From Spirochaetota bacterium (GTDB lineage Bacteria > Spirochaetota > UBA4802 > UBA5550), in NCBI GenBank assembly GCA_963663865.1, contig OY760686.1, positions 352,001-416,000 on the forward strand: a stretch of DNA of 64,000 bases, in the 5' to 3' direction. Made by a program: the position numbers and the translations under genes. Below, piece by piece: positions 1-8,926 of the stretch. How positions within the stretch are numbered: position 1 is the stretch's first letter; every line of letters starts with the position of its first letter. The notes under the pieces were generated by a model. That model had not been told where the DNA came from and did not search any database. It worked only from the letters and a program-made list of their open reading frames with translations.

Positions 1-300
1 TTAAGATATAAAAACTATAGAATTATGTTCAAATAACTGCATGTGAATTTAATAGAAGTAGACTATTAATACTATTAATCTGTTTTTATATTATTAGTAA
101 TAGTAGTAGTCATGGCTGTTATGTTGATAAATCAGTTAACTGTTGAATAAATGAAGAGTTAGCTGATTTATCGTTGTTGATATTAATTTTATTTATGATG
201 ATTAAAACAAATAACATATCAACACAGTTTAAATCGGTGAAAAAGAGAGTAAGTTATCAACAACAGTTTAGAAATTATTAACAATAATTCTATATACTAA
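1..300. other. oriC: Putative chromosomal replication origin (oriC) with DnaA-trios and variant DnaA boxes
   Basis: Very AT-rich and non-coding. In-register trios TAT-TAT-TAG-TAA-TAG-TAG-TAG (89-109), then a spacer containing GGC, then TGTTGATAA (122-130). Further boxes: TGTTGATAT 175-183, ATATCAACA 216-224, TTATCAACA 254-262, TTATTAACA 275-283. ACTATTAAT occurs twice (62-79). Confidence 0.7.
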
Positions 301-313
301 TATTGAGTTAAAA

Positions 314-2233
314 CTACTCTTTTAGTGCCTTATATACTGTTTTATAGTTACCAGCAGCATGCCAGAAAATGTATCCGTTTGACCCGCCTTCCTTCGCGCC
401 TTTTGTCTGATTGGTTATATACCCTGTCCCGAAAGTAGGTGATAGCATTTTAAATGCCTGAAGATAGGGTCTGATGACTGAAGAACTATATGATAATATT
501 TCAGCTCTGCGTGCTCCGTCTCTTATAATATGATAAGGTCTTATGTTATGAGGATAGCGTTCATAAAAATTTCTACCAAAATGGGATGGATAAACCATCG
601 GTGAAATGGCATCAACAATTAGAGAAAACTCCTGCATATCCTGACCTATTGAGTTGCCGAAGCTGTACCAGGAATTAAAACCGTAAATATCCACAGAGAC
701 TGGTATTCCAAGGCTGGCCTTTGCTTTAATTAGAAAATCACACAGAATTTCAGATTTGTAGGTATCAATGTCTTTATTATAAGAATAAAAACAGTTTTTA
801 ACAGGACCGTCTGAAGGGAATCTTATATAGTCAAACTGAATCTCGTCGAACCCCTTAGCCTCAAGCTCTTTAGCAATACCTAAATTGTAATTCTGAACAA
901 AATCTGAATATGGGTCCACCCAGTATTCACCAGGCGAACCTTTCCAGGGTTTCCTGTTATCTTGTCTCTTGATTGAATACCTGTTGCCGTAGGCAAGATA
1001 TAAAGCTTTGTCTTTGAAGGTAACAATTCGGGCGATAGTGTACAAGCCATGCCGCCTGGCTGTTTTAAGAATACTATCTATATCTACTGGTCCTCTTACA
1101 GAGCCTATATCTGAAGCGGTTTTAAGAGCTGATTTATAACGAATCCAGCCGAAATCATCTTTCATATCAATAACTAACGCGTTTAATCCGGCAGATTTAA
1201 TTCCACTGAGAACGTCATCTGGATTTTTTCTCAAAGAAGGAATACTCTGGTAAACCGCTTTTATGTCAGACGCTCTTTCATCGAATTTTTTTTGAGGACC
1301 GGCTTTGTTTAACTTAACATTAAGGGAAGTTTTCAACGAAGAATTATTAACTAAAAGCATCACCGGTTTTGATGGAAGATCATAATTCTTATCAGCATAG
1401 TTTTGTCTCAGCCATTTTTCGTTCTTTTTTGTGAAAATAGAGGAGGCTGCCGATACAGCTATTCCTGTGTCGGAAAATGTTATATCATCGGTTGAGTAAA
1501 GTTCTTCATTTATACCGGGTAAGTTGACTTTTTCCCACTTATTGCTTTTTTTTTCGAGAGAGTATAATCCTCCCCCAAAATAAAAACCAGAGTATAAATT
1601 TCCGCCCAGGTTTTTAATCAAGGACATCTCTTCAGTAAAACGCAGATTACCAGAATACTTTTCTCCGGGAAGACCATTGTTTTTGTTTCTGAAGCGGCTT
1701 CCCTGTTTTTCAAAGAAGCCGTTAAATGAAGTCCCGACTGCTATGTTGTTTCCTGACAATCCGAGCGCGGTAATGTAATTGCGCGGATGAATTCCATTTA
1801 ATAAAACGGTTTTCCATGTTGTTCCGGAGTTTGAGGATATGAATACACTGTGTTTGGTAGCAACAGCAATATGCTCTCCATCAGATGCAAATGCAGATAT
1901 CTTTCTGTATACACCTCTTTCTAGGAAGGATGTTCTTCTTTTGAAGTCACTGTGACTTATGTTTTCCCAAAAGGATTCTCCTTTTTTCAGCCTGAATAGC
2001 CCGTCTGAAAAAGTAGTAATAAAATAATAATTTTCAGTTTCATGTATTTCCAGGGGAAGAGAAATCAAGGGTAGACCGCTACCAAGCCTTCTCCAGTTTT
2101 CTCCTTCATCATTGGATATATATGGGCCATGCCTCTCTGTGAGCGCTACAATAAGCTGAGAAGAAGCGATTGATCCGGTTTTTGAAGGAAGGCATGAGCA
2201 TAGAAAAACAGCGAGTAGTATTGTTTTTTTCAT
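314..2233 (-). CDS. Lipoprotein: N-terminal BNR/beta-propeller plus C-terminal DUF4015-type putative glycoside hydrolase (TIM barrel)
   Basis: Lipobox-like FLCSC; Asp-box-like SNDEGENW and SSNSGTTW; C-terminal NALVIDMKDDFG, IARIVTFKD, WVDPY, GFDEIQFDYIRFP, SPMVYPSH. Confidence 0.8.
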   Translation of the reverse strand: MKKTILLAVFLCSCLPSKTGSIASSQLIVALTERHGPYISNDEGENWRRLGSGLPLISLPLEIHETENYYFITTFSDGLFRLKKGESFWENISHSDFKRRTSFLERGVYRKISAFASDGEHIAVATKHSVFISSNSGTTWKTVLLNGIHPRNYITALGLSGNNIAVGTSFNGFFEKQGSRFRNKNNGLPGEKYSGNLRFTEEMSLIKNLGGNLYSGFYFGGGLYSLEKKSNKWEKVNLPGINEELYSTDDITFSDTGIAVSAASSIFTKKNEKWLRQNYADKNYDLPSKPVMLLVNNSSLKTSLNVKLNKAGPQKKFDERASDIKAVYQSIPSLRKNPDDVLSGIKSAGLNALVIDMKDDFGWIRYKSALKTASDIGSVRGPVDIDSILKTARRHGLYTIARIVTFKDKALYLAYGNRYSIKRQDNRKPWKGSPGEYWVDPYSDFVQNYNLGIAKELEAKGFDEIQFDYIRFPSDGPVKNCFYSYNKDIDTYKSEILCDFLIKAKASLGIPVSVDIYGFNSWYSFGNSIGQDMQEFSLIVDAISPMVYPSHFGRNFYERYPHNIRPYHIIRDGARRAEILSYSSSVIRPYLQAFKMLSPTFGTGYITNQTKGAKEGGSNGYIFWHAAGNYKTVYKALKE

Positions 2234-2312
2234 TTTTTCACTCTTATTTTTTTTGATATGATGAGCAAATTTGCAGGTAGAGTCGTTTTTTTATAATTAA
2301 GTCCAACTATAA

Positions 2313-3989
2313 TTAAAAATGAGCGTTGAACATCTCTTCGTTGAATATTTCATACGAATAACCCTGTTCAGTTAGAAAGAGCTGTCTGTTGTGTGTAAAC
2401 TTTTCTTCAACCGTATTAGCCGAAATTATTGTATAAAAATGGGCCTGATTTTCTCCTGGTTTTGGACGGAGGACGCGCCCAAGTCGTTGGGCTTCCTCTT
2501 GCCTTGAACCGAAAGTACCAGAGACCTGGATCGCAATATTTGCATCCGGGAGGTCTATTGAAAAGTTGGCTACTTTGGAGACAACGAGGGTATTGATTTT
2601 GCCTGTCCTGAAAGCCTTGTAAAGCTCTTCTCTTTCAGGAACCGGGGTAACTCCTGTAATCAGAGGAAGTTTAAACTGTGATGATATCTGCTTGAGCTGA
2701 GAAATGTACTGGCCAATAATGAGGATGTTAGAGCCTTCGTGTTTTTTTAACAGGCTTGCAACTACAGCTATTTTGCGGACATTTTCAGAGGCTATTCTGA
2801 ACTTTTCACGGTCCTTTGAGACTGAGTACTGTATTCTCTGTTCATCCGGAAGGTTTATTCTGATTTCAGTGCAGAGAGCCTTGGCAATCCAGTTGGATTT
2901 CTCCAGCAGCTTCCAGGGAATATCAAACTTCTTTGGTCCAATAAGGCTGAAAACATCCGTTTCGAGTCCGTCTTCTCTTATCAGGGTTGCTGTAAGCCCG
3001 AGTCGTCTTTTTGACTGTATTTCGGAGGTCATTCTGAACACTGGCGCTGGAAGAAGGTGTACCTCGTCATAGACAATGAGTCCCCAGTTTTTTTTACCGA
3101 AAATATCAAAATGAATAAAAGGCCCCTTTTTGTTTTTTCTATAGGTTAAAATATTGTAAGTTGCTATAGTTACCGGCTTTATTTCTTTTTTATCACCTGA
3201 AAATTCTCCAATCATATCCGACTGAAGATCAGTTTTATCAAGAATTTCATCTCTCCATTGACGAAGCGCAATTGTATTGGTGACAAGAATGAGTGTAGCG
3301 GTTTTGTGAATAGCCATTGCCCCGATTCCAACAATTGTTTTCCCGGCGCCGCAGGGCATGACGATGACACCGCTTCCACCTTCCGGGCCGCCGCCCTTGT
3401 AGAAGGAGTTAACGGCATCTTGCTGATAATCCCTGATGACGAAATCACGCCCGGAAAGGGTTGTTTCTCTTGTGTTGATACTGCAGGGTTCTCCCTCTTC
3501 GTAACCCGCTACATCCTCGACGGGAAAACCAATCTTTATAAGGGCCTGTTTGATGTGACCGCGGAATTGAGCCTTTACTTTTATGGTGCTGTCATCAATT
3601 CTTGTCTCTATATATTCCTGCATTTTTCTATGATACATTATCTCATTGAGGAGAATTGAATCAGAAGAAACAAGAAATAGTCCTTTCTCGGTTTTTTTAA
3701 GCTTCAACAGGCCATATCGCTGCATTTGTTCACGAACTGTTACCAGAACTACTTCGGGGATTTCATATCTGGAGTAGTTCTTAATTGTATCCATAATGTG
3801 TTCTGTTGTAAGTCCTGAGGCGGCTGCGTTCCAAAGAGAAAGCGGGGTTATTCGGTATGTATGTATGTGTTCGGGACTTTTTTCAAGCTCAGCGAAGGAA
3901 AGGATGTCATCACGGGCGGATTCAAACTCTTCGTTGTCAACTTCAAGCAACAGCGTATTATCGCTTTGTACGATCAAAGGTTTTGTCAT
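2313..3989 (-). CDS. xpb: DNA repair helicase XPB (Ssl2/Rad25 family, SF2)
   Basis: N-terminal PLIVQSD..LLLEV / FAELEKSPEHIHTYRITPLSLWNA; Walker A PCGAGKT; DEVH; GLTATLIREDG; SRQEEAQRLGRVLR. Confidence 0.93.
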   Translation of the reverse strand: MTKPLIVQSDNTLLLEVDNEEFESARDDILSFAELEKSPEHIHTYRITPLSLWNAAASGLTTEHIMDTIKNYSRYEIPEVVLVTVREQMQRYGLLKLKKTEKGLFLVSSDSILLNEIMYHRKMQEYIETRIDDSTIKVKAQFRGHIKQALIKIGFPVEDVAGYEEGEPCSINTRETTLSGRDFVIRDYQQDAVNSFYKGGGPEGGSGVIVMPCGAGKTIVGIGAMAIHKTATLILVTNTIALRQWRDEILDKTDLQSDMIGEFSGDKKEIKPVTIATYNILTYRKNKKGPFIHFDIFGKKNWGLIVYDEVHLLPAPVFRMTSEIQSKRRLGLTATLIREDGLETDVFSLIGPKKFDIPWKLLEKSNWIAKALCTEIRINLPDEQRIQYSVSKDREKFRIASENVRKIAVVASLLKKHEGSNILIIGQYISQLKQISSQFKLPLITGVTPVPEREELYKAFRTGKINTLVVSKVANFSIDLPDANIAIQVSGTFGSRQEEAQRLGRVLRPKPGENQAHFYTIISANTVEEKFTHNRQLFLTEQGYSYEIFNEEMFNAHF

Positions 3990-4092
3990 TGGCAGGATTT
4001 ATCCAGTTGTTGTTATTTTGTGACTTTTTTGACAAAAATGAGCTAATTGTCAAGAATGTTTTAGTTTTAGGGGAGGATGATGCTTTCAATAA

Positions 4093-4797
4093 TCAGTTTA
4101 CAGACCCTCCCGGGAAGAGGTATTTCTCTGTTTCAATAATTGACAGAAACATGTTTACCGGTTCCTCATAAATATCAATCTCTGAGGCTGAATTATCAGT
4201 TGAATTGGAAGGTATTTCAGTGATGGTCAGCTTGTAATGAGCAGCCTGTATCCACATCTGAAGAAGAACACCGTGAGTATAATCCGTCAGCTCAAGGAGC
4301 TTTATTGCTTCAATTTTCAGAGCAAGAGTGGATGAAAGAGGATCGCTTGTATTGATAGAGCTGTTAACATCGCTCAGAGCTCCGGAGATAGTTGAAATTA
4401 TTTCCGATGTTTGTGTGTTGATATTTGCAAAAAAGTTTCCATCAATGAATCTGCTTGCAGAGACGATATCATAGCCATAATTTATTGAATCCATCAAAAC
4501 GGCAATATCCTCGCGTGGAGACTGGTTAGCCGGATCGAGAAAAACAGCTGTTTCATATCCTATATGGGAAGCATATTCACAACCGCTTATAAATGAAGCC
4601 CCGTATCCCATTTCAAGTTCCTTCTTGATCACTGTAATTCCCTCATAGCTTTCGGCAATCTCAAGGGATCTGTCTTCAGAAGCATCGTCAATAATTAGTA
4701 TGTCAAAACCGCTGAGTGATAATATCTCCTGGAGAGTTTTTGTTAACTCGGAGGCGTTGTTTGAAACTGGAATGATTATAAGGTTTTTATTTTTCAT
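4093..4797 (-). CDS. GT2 glycosyltransferase, DPM1/polyprenol-phosphate-type, divergent
   Basis: IIIP..N, IIDDASED, GYGAS, DIVSASRF; the DxD position reads FLDPA. Confidence 0.75.
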   Translation of the reverse strand: MKNKNLIIIPVSNNASELTKTLQEILSLSGFDILIIDDASEDRSLEIAESYEGITVIKKELEMGYGASFISGCEYASHIGYETAVFLDPANQSPREDIAVLMDSINYGYDIVSASRFIDGNFFANINTQTSEIISTISGALSDVNSSINTSDPLSSTLALKIEAIKLLELTDYTHGVLLQMWIQAAHYKLTITEIPSNSTDNSASEIDIYEEPVNMFLSIIETEKYLFPGGSVN

Positions 4798-5026
4798 GAC
4801 ACGGTTCTCTTATTTATTAGTATTTGGATATGGATTAATAATGACATTATATTTCAAGCTTTTATGATAAAAGCATTCAATTTAGGCTGAAAATGGCGAG
4901 TTTAAAAAAATATTGACAAATGCCGGCTTGAAATGAGTCTCAATAGTGATCATTCTGCCTCCGCCTTCCCGATTGCGGCAGAAATGTAGGATTCTCAAGC
5001 TGTAATTTCAATCCAACGAGGAAAAA

Positions 5027-7801
5027 ATGGACTATTCTAAAACTGTTAATTTGCCTACAACAGACTTTCCGATGAGGGCCAATCTGCCTGTCAGAGAACC
5101 GGAACTGCTTGAGCTATGGGAAAAAGAAGGTCTGTATAAGAAAATTCAGGAGTCCAGAAAAGACGCCGAGCTTTACATCCTCCACGACGGTCCGCCTTAC
5201 GCAAACGGGAACATCCACCTTGGTCATGCATTAAACAAGATTTTGAAAGATATCATTATTAAGCATAAAACCATGATGGGTTTTCGTGTTCCTTATGTTC
5301 CAGGATGGGACTGCCATGGGCTTCCAATTGAGCTTAACGTAACGAAAGAGCTTGGTGATAAAGCCAGAACGGCATCAAAGGACGAAATTAGAAAAGGATG
5401 CCGTGAATACGCCGCCAGATTTGTTACACTTCAAAGGGATCAATTTAAAAGACTGGGGGTTCTGGCTGACTACGCGAATCCATATCTGACAATGAGCGGA
5501 GACTATGAAGCAAAGATTGTGGAGGTCTTCGCGGATATACTGGAAAAGGGCTATATCTACAGAAGCAAAAAGCCCATATACTGGTGCCCAAACTGCGTTA
5601 CGGCTCTTGCTGAGGCAGAAGTTGAATATGAGAATCACACATCTTCATCCATCTACGTGAAGTTTCCTGTCCGGAAAGAGAGCGCTGCTTATATTGGAGA
5701 GAGCGGCGAAAACGTATCAGTTATAATATGGACAACAACTCCATGGACTATTCCTGCTAACCTGGCTGTATGCTTTCATCCTGATTTCGATTATGCCGCT
5801 TATAAATTCGGCAGCGAATACTATGTTCTTGCCAGGGGTCTTGTTGAGCAGTTTGCTGCTGCGGTAGGTCAGACGCCCGAGAAAGAGGTCCTGCTTTCAA
5901 TCGAGCAGGTCGAAAACCTGACAGTAGATCATCCCTTTATAGAAAGGGAGTCAAAGGTGATATTTGGCGATCATGTAACCCTTGAACAGGGAACGGGAAT
6001 TGTTCACACTGCTCCCGGTCATGGACAGGAAGACTATCTCGTTGGTTTAAAATACGGACTGGAGGCTTTCTGTCCGGTTGACGATAATGGCTGCTACACT
6101 GAAGATTTCGCGCCCATGAAAGGAGTTCATGTTTTCAAGGCAAACGGCCCCGTAATCGACATTATGAAGAATAACGGGACGCTGATAAAAAGCGAGTCTT
6201 TTGAACACTCATATCCTCACTGCTGGAGATGTAAGAAGCCCCTGATTTTCCGCGCAACCGAGCAGTGGTTTTTCAGCATAGATCATGACAATATCAGAGA
6301 AAAAGCCCTTGATACAATAGAAAAAACCAAATGGGTTCCTTCCTGGGGGGAAATGAGATTCAGGGGAATGGCGGAGACTCGTCCCGACTGGTGTCTTTCA
6401 AGACAGCGCTCATGGGGGGTGCCAATTCCTTCTTTCCGCTGTGAAAAGTGCGGTAACAATATGATGTCTGCTGAATCGGTTAAGCATTTCGCCCGTCTTT
6501 CAAGGGAAAGGAGCATTGATATATGGTACACAGAGGATATAAAATCTTTGATTCCGGATGGGACAAAGTGCAGCTGCGGTAGTGATAGTTTTGTTAAAGA
6601 GTATGATATCCTTGATGTCTGGTTTGATTCCGGGGTTTCACATTTTGCCGTACTGGACAACAGAGCCGATCACCGTTGGCCGGCGGATATGTACCTTGAG
6701 GGGAGCGACCAGCATCGCGGTTGGTTTCAATCCTCACTCTGGCCGGCACTGGCAATAAAAGGACGCGCACCGTATAGCACCGTTCTTACTCACGGCTTTG
6801 TCCTTGATGAGAAGGGAAAGGCGATGAGCAAATCGATGGGAAATGTTATTGCTCCAGAGAAGCTAATCAGCCAGTTCGGTGCCGATATTCTCAGAATGTG
6901 GGTTTCTTCAGAGGATTACAGAAATGATGTGAGAATCGGTATGGACATGGTAAAACAGGCTGCCGATTCATACAGGCGTATCAGAAATACCTTCAAGTTT
7001 ATTATTGGAAATATTCACGGTTTTTCCGCAGAGGACAGGGTCAATTACAGCGATATGAGCGATATTGACAGATGGATGCTTCACGAGCTGTCGATTCTGT
7101 CGGATAAAGTTATAGCACATTATGAAAACTATGAATTTCATATGGTTTATAAAAGGCTTCAAAACTTCTGTGCTGTCGAGTTGTCGTCAATCTACTTCGA
7201 TATTTCAAAGGATATTCTCTATGTCGAAGAGAAAAATGACATAAAGAGAAGAGCGAACCTGACTGTGCAGCAGGAGATATTTAATGTTCTGGTAAGGCTT
7301 ACAGCTCCGCTTCTTGCTTTTACCTCTGAGGAAGTCTGGAAGTTTGAAGGGGGAACAGGTTCTATTCATGAACAGCATTATTACAGGCTTGACACAAAGT
7401 ATAACAACTCTGAAGTCAAGGCTTCAATTGACAGGATTGTCGATATAAAAAAAGATGTTTTAAAATCACTTGAGGTTTTAAGAAGAGACAAGACTATCAG
7501 GGGGTCCCTTGAGGCAGATATTAAGATATTTGTGAATGATGAATCTGCCAGGAAGAAGATTGAGATGATGGGTGGAGACTTTAAACGGTTCCTTCAGGTT
7601 GCAGCTGTGGAACTTGTTGACAGCTCTGATGAAAGCTTTACTAAATACGAAAAATGTTCAATATACGTTTCTAAAACTCAGGGAAAAAAATGCGCAAGGT
7701 GTTGGAACTATTTCAGCGAGCTGGGTTCTGATTCAGGGCATCCGGAGTTATGTGCAAGATGTACGGATATTGTAAAAAAAATTGGAGAGGTTTCTGAATG
7801 A
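5027..7801 (+). CDS. ileS: Isoleucine--tRNA ligase (type 1)
   Basis: LHDGPPYANG-HLGH, WTTTPWT, GTGIVHTAPGHG, AMSKS, C-terminal Zn finger KCARCW...LCARC. Confidence 0.98.
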   Translation: MDYSKTVNLPTTDFPMRANLPVREPELLELWEKEGLYKKIQESRKDAELYILHDGPPYANGNIHLGHALNKILKDIIIKHKTMMGFRVPYVPGWDCHGLPIELNVTKELGDKARTASKDEIRKGCREYAARFVTLQRDQFKRLGVLADYANPYLTMSGDYEAKIVEVFADILEKGYIYRSKKPIYWCPNCVTALAEAEVEYENHTSSSIYVKFPVRKESAAYIGESGENVSVIIWTTTPWTIPANLAVCFHPDFDYAAYKFGSEYYVLARGLVEQFAAAVGQTPEKEVLLSIEQVENLTVDHPFIERESKVIFGDHVTLEQGTGIVHTAPGHGQEDYLVGLKYGLEAFCPVDDNGCYTEDFAPMKGVHVFKANGPVIDIMKNNGTLIKSESFEHSYPHCWRCKKPLIFRATEQWFFSIDHDNIREKALDTIEKTKWVPSWGEMRFRGMAETRPDWCLSRQRSWGVPIPSFRCEKCGNNMMSAESVKHFARLSRERSIDIWYTEDIKSLIPDGTKCSCGSDSFVKEYDILDVWFDSGVSHFAVLDNRADHRWPADMYLEGSDQHRGWFQSSLWPALAIKGRAPYSTVLTHGFVLDEKGKAMSKSMGNVIAPEKLISQFGADILRMWVSSEDYRNDVRIGMDMVKQAADSYRRIRNTFKFIIGNIHGFSAEDRVNYSDMSDIDRWMLHELSILSDKVIAHYENYEFHMVYKRLQNFCAVELSSIYFDISKDILYVEEKNDIKRRANLTVQQEIFNVLVRLTAPLLAFTSEEVWKFEGGTGSIHEQHYYRLDTKYNNSEVKASIDRIVDIKKDVLKSLEVLRRDKTIRGSLEADIKIFVNDESARKKIEMMGGDFKRFLQVAAVELVDSSDESFTKYEKCSIYVSKTQGKKCARCWNYFSELGSDSGHPELCARCTDIVKKIGEVSE

Positions 7802-8289
7802 AAAAGACCATTACAATGGGGGCAGTTTTCCTGGCCACTTTAGCTCTTGATATCTTTACCAAGTATATGGTCGTTTACAGCCTTGGAAGAGGAAACAGAC
7901 TCGACTATGCCGGCGGGTTTTTCAGAATAAACCTTGTTTATAACGAAGGCGGTGTTTTTGGTATTCTTCAGGGATACAAGACGCTTTTTCTGGTGGTTTC
8001 AGTTTGTGTTCTTGTTTTAATGCTTGTTTACTACTATCTCGAAAATAATAAAACCTGGCTTTTCAGCATATCAATGTCGCTTGTAATTTCCGGCGCGATT
8101 GGTAATATTATTGATAGACTTGTTCCGGGCAGGGCCGGAGTCGTTGATTTTATCTCGGTAGGCGTGGACGGTGTTTACAGGTGGCCTTCATTCAATATCG
8201 CGGATTCGTGCATTGTTGTTGGGGCAGCGTTTCTTGTTGTTGTTTTTTACCAGCAGGAAAAGGCCCGTAAAAAAGCACAACAGCATTAA
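7798..8289 (+). CDS. lspA: Lipoprotein signal peptidase II
   Basis: NEGGVFG, GAIGNIIDR, VVDFI, FNIADSC; overlaps the ileS stop (classic ileS-lspA pair). Confidence 0.95.
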   Translation: MKKTITMGAVFLATLALDIFTKYMVVYSLGRGNRLDYAGGFFRINLVYNEGGVFGILQGYKTLFLVVSVCVLVLMLVYYYLENNKTWLFSISMSLVISGAIGNIIDRLVPGRAGVVDFISVGVDGVYRWPSFNIADSCIVVGAAFLVVVFYQQEKARKKAQQH

Positions 8290-8303
8290 AATCCGCGATT
8301 TTT

Positions 8304-8393
8304 TCAGGAAGTTATAAAGAGAATAAACAGGACAAGGATTGGTAAAAGAAAATAAGCCCAATCCCACATAAGACGGTTAACGATTTCTTTCAT
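8304..8393 (-). CDS. Small single-pass membrane peptide (29 aa, MKEIVNRLMWDWAYFLLPILVLFILFITS), not in the ORF track
   Basis: ATG with GGAG 9 nt upstream; hydrophobic C-terminal stretch; near-consensus sigma70 promoter upstream. Confidence 0.6.
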   Translation of the reverse strand: MKEIVNRLMWDWAYFLLPILVLFILFITS

Positions 8394-8440
8394 TTTTTTA
8401 AACTCCGAGTTGGTTCCTTCTGCACTTGAAGGATGCGGGG

Positions 8441-8469
8441 AATATAACGCGGAAGAACTCCAAAGTCAA
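8441..8469 (-). promoter_or_regulatory. sigma70-type promoter for the small ORF 8304-8393
   Basis: Minus strand TTGACT (8464-8469), 17-nt spacer, TATATT (8441-8446). Confidence 0.6.
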
Positions 8470-8510
8470 GAAAAAAACACGCCCGGGCGGGATATAATTA
8501 TTTTTCTATA

Positions 8511-8909
8511 TCAATTATCATCAGAAATTATAATATCTGATGATGTTAAGATTCTGTCCTGATCTGAAATCTGAACAGAGTATTTGCCAGGATTGTAGAA
8601 CGACAGGTCAGTAACAGTAAAGTTATCGCCTTCTTTAACGGTAAGAGTGCTGGTTTCAATGTTTTTTTTAAGCCCGTCTTTTTGGCCAAAGACTTTCAAT
8701 TCAAGGGTTTTCGAGCTGAATGGCTGTCTGGTTTTGATAACGGCTGTCAAATCACCTGTTGAAAAAACAGTTCCACAGTTGACCCCCTTTCCTTCAGGGG
8801 TTATTCCCTCACAGAAGGACAGCTCTCTGTCTTTCTTACACGATATAAAGGCAACGATAAGAACAATTAACGTAAGTGAGGCTTTTCGATTTACGCTTAG
8901 TCTGGTCAT
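8511..8909 (-). CDS. Hypothetical lipoprotein (beta-sandwich-like)
   Basis: Hydrophobic signal ending AFISC-KK; 132 aa; directly downstream of the aspartokinase gene. Confidence 0.65.
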   Translation of the reverse strand: MTRLSVNRKASLTLIVLIVAFISCKKDRELSFCEGITPEGKGVNCGTVFSTGDLTAVIKTRQPFSSKTLELKVFGQKDGLKKNIETSTLTVKEGDNFTVTDLSFYNPGKYSVQISDQDRILTSSDIIISDDN

Positions 8910-8926
8910 GAAAAGAAGAACCTCTC

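Noticed and set aside
2704-4171. Several + strand ORFs over xpb, and similar short shadow ORFs throughout the window
   Set aside because: They are antisense or out-of-frame to well-supported genes and have no motifs or RBS.
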